From the UHGV virus genome UHGV-0039337: 64,000 nt of DNA. One strand, 5' to 3'. The position numbers and the translations under genes are program-made. Source of the DNA: a virus. Under the pieces are notes generated by a model. It made no database searches, was not told where the DNA came from, and saw nothing but the letters and a program-made list of their open reading frames with translations. This document shows, one piece after another, positions 9,830 through 19,595 of this stretch; within the stretch, counting starts at the first letter, position 1, and the number at the start of each line of letters is the position of its first letter.

Positions 9830-10762
9830 TTAACTTAATAAATACTTATTAATATTTATTTTTACTATATTCATTCTTTTGTTTCGTTTACAACATTTTA
9901 TAAGAGTTTCTTGTTCATTGTTTTTAAGTAATTCTTCTATTAAATAACTAGTACTCATATCTTTATTTGGTAGTTTTAATCCTTTTAACTTAAGTTTTTC
10001 GGCATTATAGTTTTCTTCTTTAGATGGATTCTTTTTAGCTATTTTAGTATTATTTAAATCAAAACTACAGTATTTAATAGATTTTCCATTATTAGAATTT
10101 ATTTTTAAGCTTTTGAATATGATAGCTTCATTTTCATTTATTATTACTTTAGCATCTGTATTATCAAGAGAGTCTTCGGCGTTAAAAAGTATAACTTCAA
10201 ATAGTACCATAATATCATTTTGTATTAATAGTCTATTAGCTACTCCTATCATATTGTTAGTACCTGCTCTAAATATCTCTATTCTATAATTAAATAATTC
10301 ATTAGATAATAGTATATTTTCATTAAAAGCTTTGCTATACAAGTTTTCTTTTATTATATTTATTCCTTTAGTTATAATATTTAAGTTAGATACATTAACG
10401 TTTTTATTTTTATTATTTCTTAATGTAGTTAATATTTCTTCTACTAATTCATACAAATCTAACTCATAGTTATCAGAAAATAATACTTTATCTTTTTTAG
10501 TAACTGTACCAATTATAAATAATTTATTATCATTATCAGAGTCATATTTTAATTTAAACTTCATAACTATATCATTGTTATTATCTGTATTAAATGGAGT
10601 AAAAGTTTTCTCTAGTAATAAACCTTCCATAATATTATCTACTGCTATTGTTTCATTTGCTATTTTACTAAGATCTACGCTATCTATACTATAATCATTT
10701 TCTGTATCAATTATGGGTTCGTCTAAATACATTATTCCATTTTTAATTGTCGCTTTCATCAT
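9830..10762 (-). CDS. hypothetical protein
   Basis: 310-aa Asn/Lys-rich ORF. Confidence 0.4.
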   Translation of the reverse strand: MMKATIKNGIMYLDEPIIDTENDYSIDSVDLSKIANETIAVDNIMEGLLLEKTFTPFNTDNNNDIVMKFKLKYDSDNDNKLFIIGTVTKKDKVLFSDNYELDLYELVEEILTTLRNNKNKNVNVSNLNIITKGINIIKENLYSKAFNENILLSNELFNYRIEIFRAGTNNMIGVANRLLIQNDIMVLFEVILFNAEDSLDNTDAKVIINENEAIIFKSLKINSNNGKSIKYCSFDLNNTKIAKKNPSKEENYNAEKLKLKGLKLPNKDMSTSYLIEELLKNNEQETLIKCCKRNKRMNIVKININKYLLS

Positions 10763-11435
10763 TTTCTCCTTTCTTCAAATAGATTAAATTATTTTTATTA
10801 TCTAGTTTTAATCCTTCTATGTCTTTCATATATTTATAATTCATATTAGGTATATCCCATATCTTTTGATTTCCACTACCTATTGAACCATAAAATCCAT
10901 CTGATACGTCAGATTTATATAATTTTTGCGTAGCGTCAAATTCTCCATCTACTAATATATCTATATATTTTAATAGTTCGTCTACTTTACTTACTGATAC
11001 AGGATATTTATTATTGTTATCATTCAAATCTTTATTCATATATCCTTTACGTATTTTAAGTAAGTCATGCCAAGTATAGACAAATATATGATAATTATAT
11101 TTTGTTTTTAATTCTTTACACAATACTATTAAGTTATCAATTTGATCTAGAGGTTCACCTCCTCCTATAGTTATATATTTATTAGGAGTATTTTCATTTA
11201 GAAATGCTGCTAATTCTATAGGATCCCTAGTAAATTCTATTCTAGATGTATCCCATGTAATAGAGTTAAAGCATCCTGGACATTCGTCTCCATTCATTGC
11301 TTTTTTGCATCCTAATAAAAATATTTCTGTTCTTTTATTATTATCAGGAGATGGTCCTGCTGTAGTAGCTTCAAGTTTAATATCGAATATACTTAACCCT
11401 ACTTTTGGCGGTAATTTTCTCAACAATATTTTCAT
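10743..11435 (-). CDS. nrdG: anaerobic ribonucleotide reductase activating protein (NrdG-like radical SAM)
   Basis: Motifs GCKKAMNGDECPGCFNSITW, ITIGGGEPL, ILVDGEF and GSGNQKIW align with E. coli NrdG (GCVHECPGCYNKSTW, SLSGGDPL, LVDGKF, RGSSNQ). Confidence 0.7.
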   Translation of the reverse strand: MKILLRKLPPKVGLSIFDIKLEATTAGPSPDNNKRTEIFLLGCKKAMNGDECPGCFNSITWDTSRIEFTRDPIELAAFLNENTPNKYITIGGGEPLDQIDNLIVLCKELKTKYNYHIFVYTWHDLLKIRKGYMNKDLNDNNNKYPVSVSKVDELLKYIDILVDGEFDATQKLYKSDVSDGFYGSIGSGNQKIWDIPNMNYKYMKDIEGLKLDNKNNLIYLKKGENDESDN

Positions 11436-11451
11436 CTACCTTTCATTTTAT

Positions 11452-11489
11452 TTAAAAAAATATATGGCGATCTTTAAATCGCCATATAT
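11452..11489 (-). terminator. rho-independent terminator
   Basis: Hairpin atatggcgat/atcgccatat followed by an 8-9 nt T-run on the minus strand. Downstream of ORF 11493..11789. Confidence 0.55.
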
Positions 11490-11492
11490 CAA

Positions 11493-11789
11493 TCAATTAT
11501 TTTCTTTTATCCATTCTTCAATACAATCATATATATAATTATTATATTCGCTGAAATCATATTCCATTAAATCTTCTTTAACACTGATATATATATCTTC
11601 AATGTCTTTTTCAGATAATTTTTCATAGTTTTCTTCGTATCTAAAACAAGAATCTAATATATTATCTACATCATCTCTTAATCCTAAATCGTATACGATA
11701 TCAGTTATATTTTTATAATCAATATTATTATTTTTTAATATTCTTTTTACTTTTTCTATATCGTATTTGTCATTTATCTTTATGATCAT
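11493..11789 (-). CDS. hypothetical acidic protein
   Basis: 98-aa ORF. Confidence 0.35.
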   Translation of the reverse strand: MIIKINDKYDIEKVKRILKNNNIDYKNITDIVYDLGLRDDVDNILDSCFRYEENYEKLSEKDIEDIYISVKEDLMEYDFSEYNNYIYDCIEEWIKENN

Positions 11790-12037
11790 CCACGTGGCAC
11801 CACCTTTGGAGACATATTAGAATCAATTAACTTATTACATTTGGCACATCTAATGGCATATCTTCTTTCTGCTTCTACATAAGTAGTATCTAGAGATGTT
11901 ACGTTTTTATCTAACATGTATTCTACTCTTTCATAAAAATAAAGACTTCCACATTCAGGACATGATAATTCATTATCATCATCAAACATTAATCCCATAT
12001 TATTTATCACCTCCTGGATGTTGTAAATCTTTATCAT
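11786..12037 (-). CDS. small zinc-ribbon protein
   Basis: 83 aa with CPECGS ... CAKCNK. Confidence 0.35.
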   Translation of the reverse strand: MIKIYNIQEVINNMGLMFDDDNELSCPECGSLYFYERVEYMLDKNVTSLDTTYVEAERRYAIRCAKCNKLIDSNMSPKVVPRG

Positions 12038-12737
12038 TTTGCAATAATTCTATTAATTTATCCATATATTTAGGATCCATATATTCTATATCCTGTACTT
12101 CACCATCAGATGCTTCTGATATCCAATAAGCTAAATCATCTATGGAATATCCGTTTAATTCACATATTTGATTTATATAGTTAAATTGATCTGCATATTG
12201 TTCTTTTAACTCATCAGTCCATGCTTTAAATAACGAATCATTTATTTCATCAAAATAATCTTCTTCTGCACCACTTCTATATAATTCAAGTGCTATACCT
12301 AATAAAGTAGCTGCTTTTTTTAGTGCATCTGATTGTGCACCTTTGTATCCGTTAATAGACTGAACTGATTGATTACCATTTATTGCTTGAGAACCAAACG
12401 CTGATTTAGTAATAGTAAAATACTTGTTATTTTCGTCTTTAAGATTAACAGTTAGTTCTACTATACACCATGCAGTAGGTGGTTGTGGCACTGGTTCTTT
12501 ACCGTCTTTTTTAACGAATGGAGCAGGAATACCAGGTTCCATCCAATGGTCTACTATTCTCATAGACCAGTTATGTCCAAATATATTATTTAATATGTCT
12601 ATACAAGTATTAGCTGATATATATGATAAATCTGGCTTATTACCATACTGCGGTTTCTTTTTAATTAGTTTAGGGTCAAGATTTTTACTTAATTCTTTTC
12701 TAATATTTTTGTCTAACTTAATAGGTATAAGTGCCAT
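12000..12737 (-). CDS. Rad52/Sak-like single-strand annealing protein
   Basis: N-terminal DLSYISANTCIDILNNIFGHNWSMRIV fits the Rad52/22 family signature (Y+...+...LN..FG..W). C-terminus is acidic. Confidence 0.45.
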   Translation of the reverse strand: MALIPIKLDKNIRKELSKNLDPKLIKKKPQYGNKPDLSYISANTCIDILNNIFGHNWSMRIVDHWMEPGIPAPFVKKDGKEPVPQPPTAWCIVELTVNLKDENNKYFTITKSAFGSQAINGNQSVQSINGYKGAQSDALKKAATLLGIALELYRSGAEEDYFDEINDSLFKAWTDELKEQYADQFNYINQICELNGYSIDDLAYWISEASDGEVQDIEYMDPKYMDKLIELLQNDKDLQHPGGDK

Positions 12738-12750
12738 ATTTTACCTCCTT

Positions 12751-13626
12751 TTAATATGCTTTAGCTAATTCTAATTTAAATACAGAACCAAATGTAATTA
12801 ACATTTGTCTATTTATTTCTATTTCTTTAACAGCTGCTTCATAAAATTCTTGTCTTTCTCTATAGAATTTTAATAGTACAGTTAAATCTATTATAGATTC
12901 ATCATGTTCGTAATTTTTCATAGCATACATACCATTCATTTTTCTTTCTTCTGAATTAGTACCAGTACTACTAGCTATTCTAACTTCTTCCATAATATCT
13001 TTGAGATTAGCTAATGCTACTTTAGATTCTGTAGCTAATATTATTAATTCTCTCAATGTTGAAGACATGTCGGCTATTAATGATTTAACACTAGTAGGAT
13101 CAAGTTCTTCTGTGATAACTATTTTATTTAACATGCCATTTACTCTTTTTTTTTCTTCTGCCCATCCTTCAGCACATGGCATAATAGTATCAAGCATTAA
13201 TTCTTCAGCTTTTTCTAAATCAACAGCTTCTTTATTTTCTTTAGATTCTACTGATTCTTCTTTCTTTTTCCTTCTATTAGATTTCTTTTTAATAGGTTTT
13301 TCTTCTGACGTATCTTTTGATTTAGGTGCAGTATCTATTAATTTTTCTGTCTTATTTTCTTCTGATTCTTTATCTAATTTTTCAGTTACTTGTTTCTCTA
13401 TCTTTTCTTCTTCTATTTTTCCTTCTATTTTTTCTGTTACTTCATCAGTTATGATAGGCTCAGACTCTTCAGGAGTTTCTTCAATTTTTTCCTCTACTTC
13501 AGTTTTTTTTATTTCTTCAATTTTTTCTTCTTCGAATTTTGACTTTTCATCTAATTTGACTTCACTCATAGATTTTGCTGGTTTTAAAGGTCTTGGTGTT
13601 TTTACTTTTTTCATAAAATTAGCCAT
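12751..13626 (-). CDS. Lys/Glu-rich repeat protein with a C-terminal globular domain
   Basis: 291 aa with EEKIEE-type low-complexity repeats (periodic ttcttc repeats in DNA about 13250-13560). Confidence 0.4.
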   Translation of the reverse strand: MANFMKKVKTPRPLKPAKSMSEVKLDEKSKFEEEKIEEIKKTEVEEKIEETPEESEPIITDEVTEKIEGKIEEEKIEKQVTEKLDKESEENKTEKLIDTAPKSKDTSEEKPIKKKSNRRKKKEESVESKENKEAVDLEKAEELMLDTIMPCAEGWAEEKKRVNGMLNKIVITEELDPTSVKSLIADMSSTLRELIILATESKVALANLKDIMEEVRIASSTGTNSEERKMNGMYAMKNYEHDESIIDLTVLLKFYRERQEFYEAAVKEIEINRQMLITFGSVFKLELAKAY

Positions 13627-14180
13627 TATTTATCTCCTTTCGTTATTTTACATATAGTTTGCTTTATTGCAAATTCAATATCATAGTAATTATAGATATT
13701 TTCATGTTTTTCAGTTTCTTTGAAATATTTAAATTTTTGTTTGTCATCATTAATACGTCTTTCTATTTCCTTTGGATTATCTCCTCTATTTTTGAGTCTT
13801 AAATACAAATCGCCAATTTGAGAATTTACTAAAATCGGATGTAATCTATCAATTCCAAAATACTCTTTAAATGCTTTAAAACCATCAGTTTCTATAACTA
13901 TTAAATAGTCCTTATTTTTGTCTTTAAAATCGGATTTTTTATATCCGTATTTCCATACAGATCCGTCATATACGGTATATTCACGCATTTCGATAAAATC
14001 ATCAAAATTATCATCAAAGTGTTTATTGTCTACGTAATGATAATCTACATCTTTTATTTCTCCTGCTCTTATTGGTCTAGAAGTATAAGATACAATTAAA
14101 GGTATTTTAAGTCTTTTAGATACTTCACGGGCAATAGTTGTTTTTCCAGTACCTGACATGCCCATTATGCAATAAATCAT
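13626..14180 (-). CDS. guanylate kinase-like / dNMP kinase
   Basis: P-loop GMSGTGKTT and SYTSRPIRAGEIKDVDYHYV (guanylate kinase TTRP.R.GE.DG.DYHFV motif). Confidence 0.6.
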   Translation of the reverse strand: MIYCIMGMSGTGKTTIAREVSKRLKIPLIVSYTSRPIRAGEIKDVDYHYVDNKHFDDNFDDFIEMREYTVYDGSVWKYGYKKSDFKDKNKDYLIVIETDGFKAFKEYFGIDRLHPILVNSQIGDLYLRLKNRGDNPKEIERRINDDKQKFKYFKETEKHENIYNYYDIEFAIKQTICKITKGDK

Positions 14181-14192
14181 TATTTAACCTCC

Positions 14193-14420
14193 TTAAATAT
14201 CTTTTATTAGAAATTCTCTTTCATAATGTATAGTAAATTTATATCCTAATTTCTTAAGATAATGAATATACACTTTCTTTCTTCTAGGGTCTGACCATGC
14301 TACTACTATACGCTGTTTTTGATATGGATTTTCTTCTTTAATAAACTTTTCAAATGCTATAAGTCCATTTTTTGCCCAAATTAATCCTTCTAAGCCACAT
14401 GTTTCAGTTGTTATATCCAT
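14193..14420 (-). CDS. hypothetical protein
   Basis: 75-aa ORF. Confidence 0.3.
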   Translation of the reverse strand: MDITTETCGLEGLIWAKNGLIAFEKFIKEENPYQKQRIVVAWSDPRRKKVYIHYLKKLGYKFTIHYEREFLIKDI

Positions 14421-14434
14421 ACTTTTTTGTCCTT

Positions 14435-14623
14435 TTAGCCATTCCCAAATACGTTTTTTTTATTATTTATAACAAAAGATACATTCCATTCCCATGTTTT
14501 ACTAATCGTTTCTTTTCCAAGAAATAGGACTCCAGTTTGTCCATTTGAAAACTTTGTTTTTGTATAATATCCATAAAATATTTCGTTTTCTTCTAATCTT
14601 TCGAATTTATAGATAATTATCAC
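14435..14623 (-). CDS. hypothetical protein
   Basis: 62-aa ORF overlapping the next gene by 4 nt. Confidence 0.3.
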   Translation of the reverse strand: MIIIYKFERLEENEIFYGYYTKTKFSNGQTGVLFLGKETISKTWEWNVSFVINNKKNVFGNG

Positions 14624-15243
14624 TTCCTATTACTTATATATTCTTGAGCTTTATTAAAAGTATCTATTATGTCATCTATCTTGTCATCTATAGATTCATT
14701 AAGCTTGCTAAAATTAAAAATATCACGTACAGAATACGTGATCAATGTGTAAATACCTTTATAACATGTGTTTTTGTCTATATTTTCTAATATGTTTACA
14801 TTATCTGGTACATATTGATTAAGAGCAGTTGCGCCCATACTAATTATTATATCTGGCTTTACAAAATCTATTGTAAAGTCTGTATATTGTTTACAGTTCT
14901 TAAGTTCAGTATAGCTTGGTAATCTATATTCTCCATCACTACGTTTACATATACATTTAACAGCTGATGTTACAAATATATCAGACTGGTTTATTTTAGA
15001 ATAGTCAAGTAATTCTTGAAACATTTTTTTATATTCTTGAATATCTGTAGCATAATCGGTTATAATAAGAATACAAGCATTTGGATTACCATAACTTATG
15101 TCTCTCTTATTAGTGTTATTACATAATGTACATGTATTTACTTTTGTATTTAGTGTTTGCATATTATAGGGAGCCAATAATAATCTGGCAGTTTCTAAAG
15201 GGTTATTGCTCCCTATAATAGCTTTAAATGTTCTATTTTTCAT
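14620..15243 (-). CDS. uracil-DNA glycosylase superfamily protein (family 4/5-like, Fe-S type)
   Basis: CTLCNN...GNPNACILIITD...SAVKCICKR...C...IIISMGATAL follows the family-4 UDG layout (C..C, VKC, LG..A). The GEAPG catalytic box is replaced by ITDYAT. Confidence 0.45.
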   Translation of the reverse strand: MKNRTFKAIIGSNNPLETARLLLAPYNMQTLNTKVNTCTLCNNTNKRDISYGNPNACILIITDYATDIQEYKKMFQELLDYSKINQSDIFVTSAVKCICKRSDGEYRLPSYTELKNCKQYTDFTIDFVKPDIIISMGATALNQYVPDNVNILENIDKNTCYKGIYTLITYSVRDIFNFSKLNESIDDKIDDIIDTFNKAQEYISNRK

Positions 15244-15263
15244 ATCGCCAGTCCCTTTCTTAT

Positions 15264-15452
15264 TTAATTAAATATTTTTAATTTTTTACCACACATAGGA
15301 CAATATTTTATTTTACAATTTACACTTATATCGTTACCTTTTTTGTCTATACCATAAACTACTAAATATCTTGGTCCTAAATGTAATTCTAATCCTAATA
15401 CGTCTCTATTTTGTTTACAAATAGGTTCACCTTTTTCACAATATTTACACAT
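15264..15452 (-). CDS. small zinc-ribbon protein
   Basis: 62 aa with CKYCEKG ... CPMCGKK. Confidence 0.3.
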   Translation of the reverse strand: MCKYCEKGEPICKQNRDVLGLELHLGPRYLVVYGIDKKGNDISVNCKIKYCPMCGKKLKIFN

Positions 15453-15782
15453 TTATAGCACCAACTTTCCTTTGTAATGTATCATATTGTTTTCTTTTTT
15501 AGAGATATCTGTTACAGGCTCTATAATATGTCTTATTGAGCCTTTTGCTGTTGAATAAGTTATATATATAGTTTGAATATTAAAAGCATCAAATACTTCT
15601 TCTTTTGTTATTATCATGCCTTCTTCTTTTATTGCATCATAAGTTATGAATATTGCTGATATCGCTAATTCATTAGTAATTAATACTATTTTGCCTCCAT
15701 AGATTCCTCCTGCAAGTAAAAATTGAGGAGAACTATCTTCAGATGCTGCTATTTCTTCATCTAATAAGTTTACTTTTTCCAT
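15453..15782 (-). CDS. hypothetical protein
   Basis: 109-aa ORF. Confidence 0.35.
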   Translation of the reverse strand: MEKVNLLDEEIAASEDSSPQFLLAGGIYGGKIVLITNELAISAIFITYDAIKEEGMIITKEEVFDAFNIQTIYITYSTAKGSIRHIIEPVTDISKKENNMIHYKGKLVL

Positions 15783-16615
15783 TATTCGAAATCACTCGCC
15801 TTCTTAGGCTTTCCACAGCTCATATTACCTTCACCGCATTTACCATGAACACAATCTGGACCTGCATTTTTAAATAAAGCAGGAGCTATTTTCTTACATT
15901 CTTTTAGCATTTCGGTAGCCATTTCACGTATTTCCCATTGTGCTCTATTACAGCATCTTACATTAAAGAAATGCAAAAGCGATCTAGCATTCATGGTAAC
16001 TGCTATTTTAGTTTCACATGCATTAGGAAATACATATCTGGCATCTTCTATAGCTTGTTTTTCTGCTTTACTATAATCTTTAGGGAATTTTTCAGCATAT
16101 AAATTAAATACTTTTGACATGTTTGGTGCTTCATTAGGATTTTCCTTTAATATTTCTTTTATGCAACTACCAAAATCTGAAGCATGTTTATCGGTTAATA
16201 TGTCTTGCATTAATAAATCTACTAATTCGTTATATGCTTCTTGATCTCTTTTCATAGTTTCTATAAATATTTTTTTAGCTTCTGGATTATTTTTAATAGC
16301 AGGTGGTATTATATATTCAAATTGTTCTAATTTAACATATCTTTGTGATTGTTGAGAATAAGAAGCTATTCTATGTCTAACTAATTGATGCGTTAAACTT
16401 CTAGATACACCTTCTATTGCAAAAGTAAAGCTAGCATGTTCCAATGGTGATTCGTGACCTATATCTGCTAAATGGTTTACAAATTTATTTATAGACTCCG
16501 GAGTTAATTTTTCTGTTAATTCATCTACTCCTACAGCTGAATAGCATAATTTAGCAGCTTGTGCCGCCACTTTGTCTGGTTCTGGTGTGTAAGTTAGTAT
16601 TTTTACTTTTAACAC
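15782..16615 (-). CDS. thyX: flavin-dependent thymidylate synthase ThyX
   Basis: 277 aa with the ThyX signature [14 protein letters not shown] plus [12 protein letters not shown]. Confidence 0.85.
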   Translation of the reverse strand: MLKVKILTYTPEPDKVAAQAAKLCYSAVGVDELTEKLTPESINKFVNHLADIGHESPLEHASFTFAIEGVSRSLTHQLVRHRIASYSQQSQRYVKLEQFEYIIPPAIKNNPEAKKIFIETMKRDQEAYNELVDLLMQDILTDKHASDFGSCIKEILKENPNEAPNMSKVFNLYAEKFPKDYSKAEKQAIEDARYVFPNACETKIAVTMNARSLLHFFNVRCCNRAQWEIREMATEMLKECKKIAPALFKNAGPDCVHGKCGEGNMSCGKPKKASDFE

Positions 16616-16801
16616 TTAATCGCTCTCCTTGTTATTATTGTTAGATCTTATTATATATGGCTCATTTTTATTCACTGCATAATTTTCAGCATTTAAAGTC
16701 CATTCTATTTTTTCCCCTGTTTCAGGATTTGTAATAGAACATATAACTTTATTGTTTCTTTCTTTTTTAGACATTTTTTGTGAATCTTTTGATAATGTCA
16801 T
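16616..16801 (-). CDS. hypothetical small protein
   Basis: 61-aa ORF. Confidence 0.3.
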   Translation of the reverse strand: MTLSKDSQKMSKKERNNKVICSITNPETGEKIEWTLNAENYAVNKNEPYIIRSNNNNKESD

Positions 16802-16959
16802 TAGCTATTTTCAACTCCTATAACAATTGTGAATGTTTTGTTACAATTTCTACATAGATAAATATACTTTATATGTTTATTATCTGTATATTTTTCTATT
16901 AGCGTTAATTCTAAACCTTTACAATTTGGACATTTAATATCATCATACATATTATTCAT
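16801..16959 (-). CDS. small zinc-ribbon protein (below ORF-track cutoff)
   Basis: Manual translation gives MNNMYDDIKCPNCKGLELTLIEKYTDNKHIKYIYLCRNCNKTFTIVIGVENS with a GGAGG RBS. Its stop overlaps the next ATG (TAATG). Confidence 0.3.
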   Translation of the reverse strand: MNNMYDDIKCPNCKGLELTLIEKYTDNKHIKYIYLCRNCNKTFTIVIGVENS

Positions 16960-17040
16960 CCTCCTCTTTTTTTGTTGCGCTCACAATGTTTACATTTACA
17001 TTTATGATTAAAATTAAAGTCAAATATAAAAACTTTTTAG

Positions 17041-17463
17041 TTAATTCTTGTTTTTCTTTTCTTCAATATCATTATTCATTTTATTTGTATCTTCTTCAAG
17101 AGCTTCTTTTAAAGCATCTTCAAATTTGTCTATCATTTCTGCTATATATTTTTCATCAAATTCCATAAGAGAAATTCCTTCTCTGTTTAATTCTGTTTTT
17201 AATCCTTCATATAATTCAAGTACATATTCTTTATTATATTCACCTTTTATTTCCATGCTTTGAGTGGCAAATATTTCAGCTGTACTTGTTATTAAAGCAG
17301 CTTTGTTATTTAAATAATCATCTAAATCTTCTTGTAATACTTTTGTTCCTAAAGCAATATTAGCTTCATAAGATATACAGAACTTATAAGCTTCTATCCA
17401 ACTTTCAATTACTTCTTCATAACTCATTTTCTTTTTGCTCATTATCCATTTCTCCCTTTTCAT
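17041..17463 (-). CDS. hypothetical acidic protein
   Basis: 140-aa ORF. Confidence 0.35.
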   Translation of the reverse strand: MKREKWIMSKKKMSYEEVIESWIEAYKFCISYEANIALGTKVLQEDLDDYLNNKAALITSTAEIFATQSMEIKGEYNKEYVLELYEGLKTELNREGISLMEFDEKYIAEMIDKFEDALKEALEEDTNKMNNDIEEKKNKN

Positions 17464-17669
17464 ATTTCTTCTTTTTTATCATACATTAAACATGCATAGT
17501 TTGGATTATAATATAATTCGTCTTTATCCACATAATGCATTTCACCTGTTCTAATATGTGATATTTTAAATAGTAATTTATTTTTTTCTGACACTATACC
17601 TTTTATTTGACCTGCACTATATGGTTCTTTTGAATAATAAGCCAATACTTCTTTCATATTTTTCACCAC
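17460..17669 (-). CDS. hypothetical protein
   Basis: 69-aa ORF. Confidence 0.3.
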   Translation of the reverse strand: MVKNMKEVLAYYSKEPYSAGQIKGIVSEKNKLLFKISHIRTGEMHYVDKDELYYNPNYACLMYDKKEEI

Positions 17670-17670
17670 C

Positions 17671-17696
17671 TAAAAAAGGGTGTGTTAAACACCCTC
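17671..17696 (-). terminator. rho-independent terminator
   Basis: Hairpin agggtgtgtt/aacaccct followed by TTTTTT on the minus strand, immediately downstream of RNR exon 2. Confidence 0.6.
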
Positions 17697-17702
17697 TATT
17701 AT

Positions 17703-19595
17703 TTAATTACATTTACTGTATCCACAATTTACACAACTAATACATCCTTCAGTTTTTAATAGTGTTTTTTCTTCACATTCAGGGCATGTCATGTAATAAT
17801 CATTTGTTTCTTTAGCTGTTTCTGTTTTTTTAGTTTCTAATGGTTTAGACTTTTCTTTTTGTTGTATTGTTTTAATTTCTATTTCAGTATCATCATCAAA
17901 ATCTATAAATTCTTCCATGAATTGATTATGAGCATTTACTAATGCATAAGCTACTGCTGATGCACATGATGAACCTTTAGAAGTTGTTTTGTCTTTATAT
18001 TTAGAAATACTATATGATGGACATACTAAAGCTGATTCTAATTGATCTGCTATTTCTTCTACTGGTGCTCCTTTTCTTGCACATAGACTAGTAAGTCTAG
18101 ATACTGCATTTAATAAAGATAAACAACCACCTTTGCTTCCTTTATCTAAGAACACTTCACGTAATTCTCCAGTTTCAGGACAGAAATAGAAAGTACAATG
18201 CAAACTTCCACATCCAGTTTTAAGTTTTCTCTTAATACCGATTACGGAATCATCAACTAATATAGTATCTCCAAATTTAAGCATAGATTTAGCTTTTTCT
18301 ATTGGAGTTAGATTCGACTCTTTTTCTTCTTTTTCATTACTTACTGTAAGAATACCTGCTCTTTCACAGTTATTTCTATATATAGTTAATCCTTTAACTC
18401 CTTTTTCGGCACCATATAAATAAATTTCTTTTATTTGTTGTGGCGTAACATCTTCTGATAAATTGACTGTAGATGAAATCGATGCGTCTATATATTTTTG
18501 AATAGTAGCTTGTACATCTACTCTATTAAATGGATCTAATTGGTGTGTTGATATAAAGTATTCAGGTAAATCATTAGTATTACCTGTAACTTTTCTATAG
18601 TCTTCAACTATTTTAGCTTCTACTGTATAGTAAACATCTTCATCATGTAAGCTTTCAGTTTTTCTAGTATAACTATAAGCAAAATTAGGTTCTACTCCAT
18701 ATGAAGTATTAAGTAATCCAGCTACAGTTCCAGTAGGTGCTATTGTAGTTAATTGGCTATTAAATAGTCCATTTTGTAGCGCAGCTTTTAGTGTATTTGT
18801 TTCGTAATAATTTAGATTTCCAACTAAATTTTGTATTATATCTGATTTAAATGTTTTGTCTGCATCATAATTTTTAAATGGTGTGTTGCCTTCTATTTTT
18901 GCATAATCAGCACTAGCTATTATACTATTATATAATAAGGCAGTACCTATTGTTTCTATCACTAATAATGATTCTGACGAACCATAAGTTATTCCTAATT
19001 TTATTAAAGTATCTGCCAATCCCATTATTCCAAGTCCTATTTGTCTTAAATCGCCTACGGTTTTACGTTGTTCTTCTAATGGATGTAAAGGCATACCTTC
19101 TATTAATACATCATTTAATGCAAATATAGCTTTATGAATTACTTTTTTAAATTCATCGTAATCAAATCTAGCGTTTGGTGTAAATGGATCAATTATAAAC
19201 TCACTTAAATTAATAGCACCAAGCAAACATGAACCTCCTGCAGGAAGAGGTTCTTCAGCACATGGATTCACACCTACATAATTAAAATCATCATAATATT
19301 GCATTAAGTTATAATTTTGTATTTTATCCCAATAAAGAATTCCTGGTTCTGCCATTCTCCAATTGTTTAATGCTAGTTTATCCATGATTTTATTAGCGTC
19401 GATTAATTTTACTATAGTATTTCCATCTTCTAATTTAAATGTACAAGGATAACTCTCTTTATTTTTAACAGCTTCAATAAAATTACTATTTATCATAACT
19501 GAAATATTTGCTTTAGTTATGGCATTTAAATCTGTTTTTATATCTATAAATTCTTCAATGTCTGGGTGGCTTACATCCATGGATATCATGAGTGC
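17703..19595 (-). CDS. ribonucleotide reductase, class II-like (NrdJ-type) catalytic subunit, exon 2
   Basis: In-frame upstream extension ALMISMDVSHPDIEEFI (RNR RRGA-L-x-VxHPDI). Active-site finger NPCAEEPLPAGGSCLLGAINL. C-terminal CxxC...CxxC zinc ribbon and no RVCGY glycyl-radical motif, so not class III. Confidence 0.75.
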   Translation of the reverse strand, partial: ALMISMDVSHPDIEEFIDIKTDLNAITKANISVMINSNFIEAVKNKESYPCTFKLEDGNTIVKLIDANKIMDKLALNNWRMAEPGILYWDKIQNYNLMQYYDDFNYVGVNPCAEEPLPAGGSCLLGAINLSEFIIDPFTPNARFDYDEFKKVIHKAIFALNDVLIEGMPLHPLEEQRKTVGDLRQIGLGIMGLADTLIKLGITYGSSESLLVIETIGTALLYNSIIASADYAKIEGNTPFKNYDADKTFKSDIIQNLVGNLNYYETNTLKAALQNGLFNSQLTTIAPTGTVAGLLNTSYGVEPNFAYSYTRKTESLHDEDVYYTVEAKIVEDYRKVTGNTNDLPEYFISTHQLDPFNRVDVQATIQKYIDASISSTVNLSEDVTPQQIKEIYLYGAEKGVKGLTIYRNNCERAGILTVSNEKEEKESNLTPIEKAKSMLKFGDTILVDDSVIGIKRKLKTGCGSLHCTFYFCPETGELREVFLDKGSKGGCLSLLNAVSRLTSLCARKGAPVEEIADQLESALVCPSYSISKYKDKTTSKGSSCASAVAYALVNAHNQFMEEFIDFDDDTEIEIKTIQQKEKSKPLETKKTETAKETNDYYMTCPECEEKTLLKTEGCISCVNCGYSKCN

